64,000 bases of DNA from Cyanobacteria bacterium P01_F01_bin.150 (GCA_039189765.1 JBCCYL010000005.1:64001-128000); one strand, 5' to 3'. Numbered from the stretch's first letter, positions 12,109 to 22,386 are shown. Program-made: numbers and translations. The notes: generated by a model from the sequence alone, not told the origin.

Positions 12109-14544
12109 TTACAAACGGCCAGAAGACCGCTGTTTTAACCGAGACGGAATATCGTCCGGCAAGGCTTTCAGAGAAGCGATCGCCCCAGACGAAACCAGCA
12201 AACCAATGCTCGGGGGAAGCAAGGAAACCCATACTCCGCTCAACACTAAAGCCACATAACAAAAAACATACAACACAACGACACTAATTCCATCTATCAG
12301 CAAAATAAGCTGCCATCGAGACAACTGCCATGCCGTTGCTGCACCTAGTAGAGACCACCCCATCAGCCAACATACCTCCCCCCATCGCGGCCACCACCAA
12401 ATTAAAGGACGCCCATCCAATACTGCACTAATCAGTTGGCTGATCATATGGGCCTGAAGTTCGACACCAGGGATCTCATGCAAATCACCACGGTGGGGAA
12501 TATCGTGAAAGTCATTGTATGATTCGGCGACTGTGCCAATCAAAACAATATTGCCATTGACGAGCTCGGGATTCTTTCGAAATGCCTCTCCCTCCAATGC
12601 CTCTGCCAACGTTAAACGCGGAGCAATACTCTCCGTTCTTCGGTAGTTCAACATGGTTTGATAGCCATCATCATCCGCTGTCTGATAGGCCCCATAATGA
12701 TTCCTCAGAGTGGGTAGTTTGACCCCTCCTAAATAAAAAGAATCGTTCTTTTCATTCAAGTTCACTCGAAAATTCCCTGGGTCAAGCCCACTCAAATAAT
12801 ACGCAGCCATTAAGAATGCAAAAGAATTAGTCGCTTGACACCTGGAGGATGTATTTGCCCCCATTTGAAATAACTGACGTCGGATCACATTATCCAAATC
12901 AAGCACAATATCGCTAAATCCCACCCGTAGCCGAATTTGCTCACCAGAAATTTCAGGGGGAGGAGCTATATCTGATTCTGATTCTAAAGACGTTGATTCA
13001 CCGACCCCGCAAATCGTCACAAACTGATCATTTGCGTTGAGATAATTGGATAAAGTCGGATGGCGCTCTGGCGAAGCGGTCTCCAATCTATAGATATCCA
13101 CACCCACCACAGCTGGTTCATAGGGCGCTAATGTTTCCAGTAACTGATTGAGAGCATCATTTGAAAGGGAGCCACGAAACGTTAAGCGCTCTTCTTGGTC
13201 CTGTACATCAGCCTCCGTCACTGTAACCAGCAAAAGCCGAGGATCAACCCCCTCTGTTTGGGGACGACGTTGCATCAATTGATCAAATACCGTCAATTCG
13301 CTTTGTTCCAACACTCCTAAATGCTGTACCACCAACGTCAAGGATGCCACCACGATTCCCGTCATCATCATCATCAAACCACTGACTGCTAGCCGTGACG
13401 GTTGAGAAGGCAGAGGGTCTGTACTTGACGGCTTTCCCAACAGCATGTCCCAGGTCAAGGGTTCCACCGCCGGATTCTGACAAATTACCGGTAACCACGA
13501 CGCACAAGGAAACTGATCCTCCAGCCCTTGCAACCTTGACCGTGCCTCCCGCACCGCCAAATAAAATGACTCCCCCCGAGCAAATAACGTTAGAAACGAC
13601 TTCAAAAACTCATGGGCCACCTGATCTGGCACCGGAGCACGCATCACAATCAATTGGGGAATATGTAAATCCGCCAAATCCTGTGCCAATCCTAAACCAT
13701 CACAGGAATTAAAAATCGCCAGCTTTAGCCCCCGAATCATTGCCGCCTTTAGGGCATTCTTTAACTGAGGAATCGTCAATCCATCCGCTGGGTTAATCTC
13801 GATCCGGCCCGTCGTCCGCTCCTGCTGGCTTTCGCTATGCCCCGCAAAAAACAACACATCCCATCCCTGGTCATCCCACAGCGCCTTATCCACAGCCTTG
13901 CGGCCAGGCTCCACCAGAAAGTGAATCTCAGCCCTGGGGAACTGCTCTAACAATCGCCGATCTTCCTCCAGATTAATTCCTTGGCTATTGCCCAAAATCG
14001 CTAAAATCCGCATCCGCTTCTTGGGTCGCAGTAGCGCCGTTGGCACCCGTTCAAAATCCTGTGTGCCCAAAGCCACCTCTGTGCGGGGAAAATCATCTAA
14101 AAAATGCCACAATTGCCACGGAAACTGCCGTAGAGTTTCATCATCCACCTCAATTATCATCTGCACGGTATGGTCCGGTTGCAGCTTATTTCGCAACCGC
14201 CGATCAATCCGGCTAAACAATTCAGAATCCAACCAAGCATTAATATCTCGTTCCAGTTGAGCACATAGGGTATTGAATTCACCCGCCGACACCGTTGTAA
14301 TCTCGTCTTCTGGATCAATCTCAAGCCCCATCCGGGTCCGTCGCCAGTGTAAACGGGACGCCAATGCATCGTAATACGATCGCCACTGCTGAAATAAAGA
14401 GGCCAGTGCTGGATTAGGCGGTAGCTCCCCAATTGCCTGAATAGGCTTTGCCTGATGCAGTTCCCAGACCTGAGCCGTAATGGACGGAAACCCTTGGTGC
14501 AAACTGCCTCGGCCTAAATTCAAAACAACACGCTGACTCATCAC
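12109..14544 (-). CDS. CHAT-like protease plus CHASE2 sensor membrane protein
   Basis: FFAGHS and IFNSCDG dyad motifs, one TM helix, CHASE2 (DPRLLLVTVTEAD, VGFSDIVLDLDNVIRR, PGVELQAHMISQ), three C-terminal TM helices. Confidence 0.9.
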   Translation of the reverse strand: MMSQRVVLNLGRGSLHQGFPSITAQVWELHQAKPIQAIGELPPNPALASLFQQWRSYYDALASRLHWRRTRMGLEIDPEDEITTVSAGEFNTLCAQLERDINAWLDSELFSRIDRRLRNKLQPDHTVQMIIEVDDETLRQFPWQLWHFLDDFPRTEVALGTQDFERVPTALLRPKKRMRILAILGNSQGINLEEDRRLLEQFPRAEIHFLVEPGRKAVDKALWDDQGWDVLFFAGHSESQQERTTGRIEINPADGLTIPQLKNALKAAMIRGLKLAIFNSCDGLGLAQDLADLHIPQLIVMRAPVPDQVAHEFLKSFLTLFARGESFYLAVREARSRLQGLEDQFPCASWLPVICQNPAVEPLTWDMLLGKPSSTDPLPSQPSRLAVSGLMMMMTGIVVASLTLVVQHLGVLEQSELTVFDQLMQRRPQTEGVDPRLLLVTVTEADVQDQEERLTFRGSLSNDALNQLLETLAPYEPAVVGVDIYRLETASPERHPTLSNYLNANDQFVTICGVGESTSLESESDIAPPPEISGEQIRLRVGFSDIVLDLDNVIRRQLFQMGANTSSRCQATNSFAFLMAAYYLSGLDPGNFRVNLNEKNDSFYLGGVKLPTLRNHYGAYQTADDDGYQTMLNYRRTESIAPRLTLAEALEGEAFRKNPELVNGNIVLIGTVAESYNDFHDIPHRGDLHEIPGVELQAHMISQLISAVLDGRPLIWWWPRWGEVCWLMGWSLLGAATAWQLSRWQLILLIDGISVVVLYVFCYVALVLSGVWVSLLPPSIGLLVSSGAIASLKALPDDIPSRLKQRSSGRL

Positions 14545-14547
14545 ACC

Positions 14548-15750
14548 TTAAACCACAAAATCTGCTATGAAACTGGCTTCGGCTAAGGTGACAGAGAGGC
14601 TAAATTGACTGCCCGAGGTCCCCCTAAAGGTTCTAAGCTGGATAAAATACGCATCACTCACATCCGCCTGGGCTGACTGTAACGGTGATGCGTCGTCATC
14701 TAGCAACGTCACTGCAATTCCTTCCGGTAAATACTCATCCGGCGGCATCGGGTATAGCTGAACCCGCACCGCCACCTTGTTATCGTCCGTAGGCGTCAAC
14801 TCCAAACAGAGCCTCAACTGTTTTGCCTCTCCGGAGGCTATATCCAAACTGACCTGCTTACACCGTTGAACCAAATCAGGATTTTGGGCCGATCCATCGC
14901 GCTGGGCCACCGCCCCTTCATACTGTCCCGCTGCGGCCAAATCAGTAAGCGATCGCCACCCCGCCTCTGCCACATCCTGGAACCACTGACTTAAATTCAC
15001 CAATGGTCGAACCGTTGCACTGGACTGTTCCGCTGCTGGATTCTGGCGCAATTGAGAGAGGCGATCGCGCCATTGCGGATTCTCCAACAACGCCCCCCAC
15101 AACGAAAATGGAATGGCCAAACGGGGAAACGCAAGATTAGGATTGCTCAGCCGCTGCAACAAATTCTGTGCTTGGATATCTGGAAGAAGGGGCAGTGGAG
15201 CGATCGCAGCCTGGGTCACAGCGTCCCCACAGGTTTCTAGCGTCACCTCAAAACTATTTAAGCTCGTATCCAAATCGGCTTGGTCCAAGGTATAGAAGCG
15301 GGCAACCGGATCATATATCCCCTCTTGCTTCACCTGGGCATGGGTTGTGAACCCCCATACTCGCACCCACGACTCATCGGGGTTCACCTGAACCGCTAAA
15401 TAATAATCCACCAGCCAAGACGGAATATCCACCCACTCTTGGGGAACTTCTAACCCATCCATCGCCTCAGACGGCAGCAAAACCAACCGTTTATCCCCCA
15501 TCTCCAACGCCGTCCCACTGGTCAATGCCCAAATGCTGTTTGGCTGCGACAATATCGTAGTAATGCTTGTATCAGATCCTTCCTGTAACCAGGGCAGAAC
15601 CGTATTAAGACATAGCTCATTTAAATAGATTAGCAGGGACAGTGGTAACGCCGCTGTTGCCAGTCCTTGGCTACGACTCCACGCCTGCTCTTTTATAGAA
15701 TTACTAATCTCCAGCCACCATTCCTGTGGCTCCGCCATCATATAGTCCAT
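14548..15750 (-). CDS. DUF1822 family protein
   Basis: LEVPQEWVDIPSW..DYYLAVQV..VRVWGFTTH, VNLSQWF..GW and YLPEG motifs. Confidence 0.88.
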   Translation of the reverse strand: MDYMMAEPQEWWLEISNSIKEQAWSRSQGLATAALPLSLLIYLNELCLNTVLPWLQEGSDTSITTILSQPNSIWALTSGTALEMGDKRLVLLPSEAMDGLEVPQEWVDIPSWLVDYYLAVQVNPDESWVRVWGFTTHAQVKQEGIYDPVARFYTLDQADLDTSLNSFEVTLETCGDAVTQAAIAPLPLLPDIQAQNLLQRLSNPNLAFPRLAIPFSLWGALLENPQWRDRLSQLRQNPAAEQSSATVRPLVNLSQWFQDVAEAGWRSLTDLAAAGQYEGAVAQRDGSAQNPDLVQRCKQVSLDIASGEAKQLRLCLELTPTDDNKVAVRVQLYPMPPDEYLPEGIAVTLLDDDASPLQSAQADVSDAYFIQLRTFRGTSGSQFSLSVTLAEASFIADFVV

Positions 15751-15786
15751 TGTCTGTAGCCTTTATCCATAGTGGGAAATTTATCG

Positions 15787-16986
15787 TTAATCCGCAGAAT
15801 CTATTGCCCCATAGTGAAATCTGAGCCAATCTTCCAATACGGAGTCCATATCTTTCACTAGGTTGGACTCAACAGCAATATGCAGGGCCTCCTCCGCCCA
15901 AATCACTAATTCTTTCAACAGTTTTTTCCGCACCCTCGACAATTGGCGAGAGACTTTGTACTGAGGAATGTCTAGCTGCTGCGCCATGTCCTTCTGCTTC
16001 AGATTCTGACGGTAGCACAGGTCCAATAGGGTTTGCTCTGACTCTGCTAGCTGCTCTAACAACGACGTTAATTGCCCCATTAACTGTGATGTGCGCGATC
16101 GCCATTCATCCATCTCTTCCTGGGCAACAATCTCAGACAGGAGCGATTCATCCTCTGTCCCCACCAAATTATCTAGCCATTCCCCGGACTCTTGATTGGG
16201 CCGACTAGTATTCAAAGACATAATGGGCGGATAGAGATATCTACGGGCCTCTTCTGCACAGGTTTTCATCCATTGTCTAATCGTATCTGGGGTAGCAACA
16301 GTGCTAGACGGGTCGAGCTGGTTTAGGCGTTCCGTATTGTATAGGTGGGCGATCGCCTCCCACTGTTTCTGATCCGGCTCCGGCAATTTCTTATTGCCCA
16401 CTTGTGCCGTTACGTAAAGAGCCTGAAAGCAACTCCATGCCAATTGATATTCATCAATTGTTTGAGGGGATTCCCCCGCAGTCTCTAAAACATCTTTGAC
16501 CCGCTTTCGAGTCAGCTTTCGCAACAAGGCCCAATCCGTACACAAATCAGCCTGTTGGTGACGACGCAGGTGATCTCGAATGCGAGTAAAAAAGGCAAGT
16601 TGCGCAAATCCTTTGAGCCTAGCCCCCTTATCCATCTGAAAGCTCTTAAGAATCTCCGGTGCCTCAGCAATACCCAACTGAAAATAATCGGAGAACCCAT
16701 ATTGAGTATTCCTTACATGGGAGGAAATTTTTTGGGCCGCATAGAAACAAGGCTCTTGCAAATAGGCAAATAAGTGTTCCTTTGCCCGTTCAAGTTTTTT
16801 CTCATTGAATAATTGCAACCAGTACAAACCCCAAACATGCTCGGAATCTGAGGCCTTCTTTATTGCCGATAGGCGATTAGACATGCTCTTCTGTAGCCGA
16901 GGATCTGATAACCATCGGCCAAAGCGATCGGCCTCCAATTGGATAAAAGTAGAAAAGAGTTCAACTAGCTCCTGGCGATTCCGCAC
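15787..16986 (-). CDS. Sigma-70 family RNA polymerase sigma factor (cyanobacterial ECF-like type)
   Basis: HLFAYLQEPC region-2-like segment, CTDWALL, SLN, C-terminal region-4 HTH (LKQKDMAQQLDIPQYKVSRQL); GTG start. Confidence 0.85.
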   Translation of the reverse strand: MRNRQELVELFSTFIQLEADRFGRWLSDPRLQKSMSNRLSAIKKASDSEHVWGLYWLQLFNEKKLERAKEHLFAYLQEPCFYAAQKISSHVRNTQYGFSDYFQLGIAEAPEILKSFQMDKGARLKGFAQLAFFTRIRDHLRRHQQADLCTDWALLRKLTRKRVKDVLETAGESPQTIDEYQLAWSCFQALYVTAQVGNKKLPEPDQKQWEAIAHLYNTERLNQLDPSSTVATPDTIRQWMKTCAEEARRYLYPPIMSLNTSRPNQESGEWLDNLVGTEDESLLSEIVAQEEMDEWRSRTSQLMGQLTSLLEQLAESEQTLLDLCYRQNLKQKDMAQQLDIPQYKVSRQLSRVRKKLLKELVIWAEEALHIAVESNLVKDMDSVLEDWLRFHYGAIDSAD

Positions 16987-17138
16987 GGCTGCTACCTACT
17001 TGCAAATGGGGGGTGAGCAATCAAATCAAATATGCTAAGCCATAGTACAACAATGGAGTGCTCGTCCCTGACTGAAGCAATAAAATCCTTAGAATTGCCG
17101 CAACTGTAATACCTGTGATGTAGTTGGAGGCGATCGCC

Positions 17139-17738
17139 CTAAACCATAATAAAACTCTTGAGAATCCCTAAAATTTGGCTAGGATTACTGATGAAATACT
17201 CAGTTATATCTAGCTCCACGCTTGTGCCTACTAATCTCATAAATTTCCAGTTTGTTCCAGTTGTTACACTACCATAAATAACTGGAATATTATTATTACT
17301 TTTTTGATTAAATAACTGCGCAGCATACATTTCTGCAATGCACTGCCCTAGTTCAGACTGGATATTATCATTTTTAGCTTCCACAACAACAGCAACAGGA
17401 GCCTTAATGATTAACTGTGACGCAGATTGACTAATTAAGAAGTCACAAAATCCTACCAAATCTTTTTCCGGATCTACATTAAATTCTCGACCAGAGAACA
17501 AACTGATTTGCGAATTAGACAGTTTTTTAAGTTCAATTAAGATAGGCGTCAGGATCATCTCCGATCGCGCTTTTTCTGTGGCAATTTCTAGAGCCAGTGG
17601 CAGATTATAATCAAGAATTTGCTGTAATAATGGGCTAATTTCTTCTGCTTCAGCTTGAGAGAATATATTTTGGCTTTCTTTTATCGTTAAACCGAGTTTG
17701 GCCTCAATATCTTCTAGCTTAAATTTACTGTAAGACAT
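17139..17738 (-). CDS. Cyanobacterial PD-(D/E)XK restriction-endonuclease-like protein
   Basis: EKARSE, GFCDF..EAK, GQCIAEMYAAQ, YGSVTTGTNW; paralogous to 18978-19628 and 28104-28706. Confidence 0.8.
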   Translation of the reverse strand: MSYSKFKLEDIEAKLGLTIKESQNIFSQAEAEEISPLLQQILDYNLPLALEIATEKARSEMILTPILIELKKLSNSQISLFSGREFNVDPEKDLVGFCDFLISQSASQLIIKAPVAVVVEAKNDNIQSELGQCIAEMYAAQLFNQKSNNNIPVIYGSVTTGTNWKFMRLVGTSVELDITEYFISNPSQILGILKSFIMV

Positions 17739-17861
17739 AGAAATCGCCTCAAGCAGTCTCCAAAGGCATTATAGGGCAGAAGGCAGGTTGGGGGCGATCG
17801 CACTTTGGACGGGTAGTGTGGGCGTATAATCAGAATAGCGTCCTAGGCAGGAGTTTGAGTT

Positions 17862-18264
17862 ATGGTTAGCGTATTATCATCAAACGTGGATACTCGGCCT
17901 GCCGAACAGCGAGTATTAGGTTGAGGTGGATAGTACCCATACAGATATTAATAAGAATGCCCTTTATGCGACAATGGGAGTGCATGAATTTTGGCGTTAT
18001 GATGGTCGAATTTTGAGAATTTATATTGTGCAAGACGGCAACTATCAGGAAGCTGAAACAAGCCTGACGTTTCCAGATATTGCTAAAAACTTGCTTTATC
18101 AGTTTTTACAAGACTGTAATGAGCAAGGGGAGACCGTTTCTAAGCGTCAATTGCGCGATCGCCTTAATCAATCACTGATACTATCCGCCTATCCAATATC
18201 AAGTGTGAGTCTATGGCGATCGCATTATGCACCCTCTTTATTTCTTTGGAGAACGCACCATTAG
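17862..18264 (+). pseudogene. Uma2 family endonuclease pseudogene (internal deletion)
   Basis: RBS plus N-terminus MVSVLSSNVDTRPAEQRVL stops at 17924; another frame gives the Uma2 C-terminal half VEVD..LYATMGVHEFWRYDG; the central PD motif is missing. Confidence 0.7.
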
Positions 18265-18816
18265 CCAGCTAAATAGTTCTCCAACCGTTAGGTGAACATT
18301 GGTTGCGAACGGAGGGACGGGTAACGTATCATCAGGCTGGTCAAAAACCTTCACTTGCTCCGGTGGCAAATAGACCAACACAGTTTGCTCATCGGGGTCT
18401 ATAAGCCAGCCCATTTGAGTCCCATTTTGGAGGCAATAGAGAATGTTTTTAGTGACTCGTGTTTGGCTTTGGTCAGGCGACAAAATCTCAATCGTCCAAT
18501 CTGGGTAAGTGGAGATATTGTCAGCAATTGCCCCTGTGTCATCGCAAGGAATTCTAGACCAGGTAAAGACGCAAACATCTGGAATGATTGAGCGCCCACC
18601 AAAGGTACACCGTAGTTCTGAAAAGGCCCAGGCAATTTGTTCTGGTTGCAATGCGCCATTTAGGACTGTTGGCAGTCGTGTCTGTAGGACGCTGTGCTTT
18701 CCTTTGGGCATGGGCTTTTGGAGGATAGTTCCGTTGATATATTCACTGGCAGGCTGGGTTTCTGGCAGTTGCAAAAATTCTTCTAGGGTCAGCGGTTTAG
18801 ACAGTGCTTGTACCAT
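18238..18816 (-). CDS. Uma2 family endonuclease
   Basis: LTLEEFLQLPET.PASEYING, ELRCTFGGRSIIPD, PDWTIEILSPDQ, GWLIDP. Confidence 0.92.
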   Translation of the reverse strand: MVQALSKPLTLEEFLQLPETQPASEYINGTILQKPMPKGKHSVLQTRLPTVLNGALQPEQIAWAFSELRCTFGGRSIIPDVCVFTWSRIPCDDTGAIADNISTYPDWTIEILSPDQSQTRVTKNILYCLQNGTQMGWLIDPDEQTVLVYLPPEQVKVFDQPDDTLPVPPFATNVHLTVGELFSWLMVRSPKK

Positions 18817-18977
18817 TTCAATCACCTGCAAGACAAATCAGTCAGCATGTTTCATTGTAAGCGATCGCCCTTATTCAAAATGAAGTGTAAGGCGTTGGTT
18901 TACTCGTGTATAGAGTACGTATCATCCCTCATTATTCTGCCATTGGACTTCTCTATTGTTCGCTCTATAGCTTAGCT

Positions 18978-19628
18978 CTACAATTCGGTTACCCGATCGC
19001 TCCAGTACTGACGAAACGGATGGGCTAAAATCCCTAAGAGCTTTCCAGTATCTCGAATATAGTATTCTCGTCGATCGAGGGCAATGCGTTGAGTTTTTTG
19101 GGTATTACCGGAATCCTTTTCTAAGCGCAAAAACTGCCAAATCATGCCCGTGGTCACGGTGCCATAAATGGGCCGATTAATATTCTCCCGCTGGTTAAAG
19201 CGCTGAGCCGCAATCATTTCTGCCATACACTGGGGCAACCCACCTTTAATATTTTCATTCTTGGCTTCCACTAAGGTGATCACGGGGCAACGAATCTCAT
19301 ACAGTTCGGATGAAGCGGTCAAAATAAAGTCACAGTATCCGTTCAAGTCCAACTCTGGATCGATATTGAATTCAGACCCAGAAAAGAAGCCAATCTCATC
19401 GTTAAACATTTGCCGAATTTCTAACAAGGTGGGGGCAATCAATAATTCCGATCGAGCTTTTTCGGTATTGATGGCATTGGCTAGAGGAATATTACGCTCC
19501 AGCAGTTGCTGAAATAAGGGGCTAACTTCTATAGGACTGATGGTGCTAAACAGGTCGGTCGATTCTTCAAGGGTGACGTTGAAGCGATCGCAAATTTCAC
19601 TAATGCTCTTGAATGAACTATAGGACAT
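18978..19628 (-). CDS. Cyanobacterial PD-(D/E)XK restriction-endonuclease-like protein
   Basis: EKARSE, GYCDF..EAKNE..QCMAEMIAAQRFN, YGTVTTG. Confidence 0.82.
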   Translation of the reverse strand: MSYSSFKSISEICDRFNVTLEESTDLFSTISPIEVSPLFQQLLERNIPLANAINTEKARSELLIAPTLLEIRQMFNDEIGFFSGSEFNIDPELDLNGYCDFILTASSELYEIRCPVITLVEAKNENIKGGLPQCMAEMIAAQRFNQRENINRPIYGTVTTGMIWQFLRLEKDSGNTQKTQRIALDRREYYIRDTGKLLGILAHPFRQYWSDRVTEL

Positions 19629-19829
19629 TGTAAGCCGTCCTTATGATCTACTACAACCGACCTTTGGCAGCGGGTGGGATGGTGGCGATACCATGAAAAT
19701 TCCCTGCGATCGCGTACAACAAGCCCATGTCCTTATTGTACGCGATCGCCCTTACCCAAAATGCCCTGTGGGCATTGGTTCACCCGCACAGAGCACATGT
19801 CGCTCTCTTCCAAAATCTAAAATCCAAAA

Positions 19830-20672
19830 TCACTCGACTCTCTCCACCGCCACTCCCGGCTCCACTCCTTCCTCAATCACTGCCAAAATTCCTGGCAAAT
19901 ACTGATCCATTGTCAACACGTTAGTATAAACTAGTTGCCGAATCAGGGCTGAATTCAAAACGCTGCCTTCCACATCAATGCTGGTTTTATAGCGAATTTC
20001 ACCATCGCTAAAGTCCATCTCAAAATTGCCGATCACCATACCGTAGTTGGCACGGGTGATAAATTCGGCTATTGCCCCCCTTCGGTTTTCCGGAGTGGCG
20101 ATCGGGCAGATGGAGTAGAAGGCGATCGTTTGTTTATCTTCCCGTGCTTGCGCGATACAGTGCCAGCGACCGTTTTCGCCAATGAATGCTAGGTGAAGAG
20201 CGTTTTCGCCAGCAAGATGAGTAAAGGACCAGTCATCGTCTTGGAAAAATTTGGTGAGGCGTTGATTTATCTGTGTGTAGCACGTATCGCTTAAACTCAA
20301 CTCTTCCATTCGTATTGGCAATGTTCCAGAAGGTTTGACAGATGAGTTTGCAGACGTAGGTGTACTTGCTGGAGAGGGAGATGAGTTAGCCCACTGCTGA
20401 AAGGCTGTAGCTAATGATGTTTTCAATCCATCCGTGGCTGCATCCGTCAAACTGGAAAATTGAGCAGTGGCAAATTCTTCTAGGGCTTTGTTGATTTCGC
20501 CAACGCTTTCTGCGGTTTCTTCTTCAAGAATAGAGGGCAATACGTCGTTCATCCATGACTGAAATCCTTGAAGTACCTTTTCTGATAGTTCTTCTTCAGA
20601 TATTCCATCCTGACTTAGCACATCTGGATCAAGATATTTCCATAAATCATGTTCGTTGAGGGCAGTATGCAT
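19830..20672 (-). CDS. YbjN domain (T3SS-chaperone fold) protein
   Basis: C-terminal FFQDDDWSF..GENGRW..FYSICP..EFITRANYGMVIGNFEMDFSDGEIRYKTSID. Confidence 0.85.
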   Translation of the reverse strand: MHTALNEHDLWKYLDPDVLSQDGISEEELSEKVLQGFQSWMNDVLPSILEEETAESVGEINKALEEFATAQFSSLTDAATDGLKTSLATAFQQWANSSPSPASTPTSANSSVKPSGTLPIRMEELSLSDTCYTQINQRLTKFFQDDDWSFTHLAGENALHLAFIGENGRWHCIAQAREDKQTIAFYSICPIATPENRRGAIAEFITRANYGMVIGNFEMDFSDGEIRYKTSIDVEGSVLNSALIRQLVYTNVLTMDQYLPGILAVIEEGVEPGVAVERVE

Positions 20673-20762
20673 AGTTTTGACCTACTACTCAAATAACAGT
20701 GAAATCTGTAGAATTGTCACGGTAATGTCCTGAATTCATTCGATTGGGATTGAATCGTCTTG

Positions 20763-21806
20763 CTACAAATCTAATCCTATCTGCACTGCATCTAAGGCGT
20801 TACGAGAAGATTGGATGTCACTAATTTTTGTGATTTTGCCAATGGGGTGAAATAAAAGAGCGTCCGGTTGGTTAGTGCCTTGAGACATCACAATGGGATA
20901 GCCGTATTCAGCAGAGAGAAAATCTTCCCAATGTTGGATAAAGTCTTTCCATGTGACTTGAAATACAATATTTCGCTTGACAAAATACTGAATAACAGTT
21001 CCTTGATCCCACTTAAACGTTTTTTCTAAAGCCTGGATAACAGATTCGCGTTCGTTATTACTAAATGCTGTGCTCCAATCACCCAAAGAAGTTTGTTCTC
21101 CCTTCTTCAACCAATTTTCATTTGGCAATGTGAAATAGGAAGTCGCTTGTGAATCAATGGCTTCGTCCCAAATACTATTTGATTCAGACTGTGACAACTG
21201 ATATCGGTTGATGGGACTAGTACTCAAATTTAATTCGAAGAGAGCTTGAGCTGCTATATCAGAGACATAATCGATCTCATCATTCAAAACCTTTTCCCAA
21301 GTCTGATGCAGCCTCGGGCGATTGAAACCTAAAAGAGAATCTACAGCGAAAATACGAACGTAATCATCCTCGTCTTCGAGAAGGATGACCAATGCATCAA
21401 CAGATTTCTCTGAATTATATTTTGATAGCTGTCGTGCAACAATTTGCCTTGGCCTACGAGATTTTTTTGTGCGTTCAACTTCATTGAGCAAGCATTCGAA
21501 GATCTCAGGGGCAGAATAGTTTTCCAGAGCTGATAAGGCTTCGGCTCGAACCTTTTCCTCTTGTTCATGCTTCACTGTGTTAATTAACGAGGCGATCGCT
21601 CTCTCATCTGAAATCTCCCCTAAGTTACATGCAGCCGTACCCCGTACTTCGGGATCAGGGTCAGATAAAAACGGCTCAATAATCTCAAAAGCATTATCAG
21701 GATTAAGAGTGCCGACTGTATCTATCGCTAGTTCACGCTGTTCTCCATCCGAGTGATTAAGATTGTCAAGTGCTTCTTGCAATTTATCGATTGTTTTTAG
21801 CTGCAT
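20763..21806 (-). CDS. HEAT-repeat protein with C-terminal DUF2947-like domain; candidate immunity protein
   Basis: LSDPDPEVRGTAACNLG and LEDEDDYVRIFAVDSL HEAT repeats; Trp-rich C-terminus (VTWKDFIQHWEDFL); starts 10 bp after the upstream toxin-like ORF. Confidence 0.7.
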   Translation of the reverse strand: MQLKTIDKLQEALDNLNHSDGEQRELAIDTVGTLNPDNAFEIIEPFLSDPDPEVRGTAACNLGEISDERAIASLINTVKHEQEEKVRAEALSALENYSAPEIFECLLNEVERTKKSRRPRQIVARQLSKYNSEKSVDALVILLEDEDDYVRIFAVDSLLGFNRPRLHQTWEKVLNDEIDYVSDIAAQALFELNLSTSPINRYQLSQSESNSIWDEAIDSQATSYFTLPNENWLKKGEQTSLGDWSTAFSNNERESVIQALEKTFKWDQGTVIQYFVKRNIVFQVTWKDFIQHWEDFLSAEYGYPIVMSQGTNQPDALLFHPIGKITKISDIQSSRNALDAVQIGLDL

Positions 21807-21815
21807 CGACTTACC

Positions 21816-22265
21816 TCATTTAGAAACAACAACGAGATTTACGGGTATCTGCCCCTCAATCAGAATTTCAGCGTTTTTCTTCATCGCTGCTTTCACATTC
21901 TTTGCATTAGTACGGATCTTTGTTCTGGGATGATTGCTCATGAGGGCAGCAACTGCATCTGGTGTATATATTTTTATTTTGCCTTCTTCTTCAAGCCTTT
22001 GAAGGTCTTGCCAAGCAATTTTAATAATCCTGTTCTTCTTCGTAAACTTAACTTGTCTGACTGAAGAAAAGGATACGAATCGGCTGGTTTGATTCTTTTT
22101 CTTATCTTGAACATGCGCCCAAAGGGTTTGAATATCAGCTAAGTCAGCGTCTTGACTGCCTAGCCCTAGACCTATAGGAGACCCTAATTGATAGTAATCA
22201 TCTGCACGGAACCGATAGCTAGATTTAAATGAACCCCCTTGTTTGTCTTCTTTTTGCACTCTCAC
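21816..22265 (-). CDS. Orphan toxin-like protein, putative ADP-ribosyltransferase fold
   Basis: Basic 149-aa ORF with YRFRAD, SRFVSFSS and AEILIEGQIP matching the R-SxS-E pattern; AGAGG before GTG start. Confidence 0.5.
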   Translation of the reverse strand: MRVQKEDKQGGSFKSSYRFRADDYYQLGSPIGLGLGSQDADLADIQTLWAHVQDKKKNQTSRFVSFSSVRQVKFTKKNRIIKIAWQDLQRLEEEGKIKIYTPDAVAALMSNHPRTKIRTNAKNVKAAMKKNAEILIEGQIPVNLVVVSK

Positions 22266-22386
22266 CCCTCTTTCTCATTGTAATAGAATCTTTATTACAG
22301 CAGTGTAGGCTGTATATCGATCTTTTTCCAGTCTGGGTGATAAAAAATGCGATCACATAATTCACTCGTTTAACAAGAAAGTAGTC

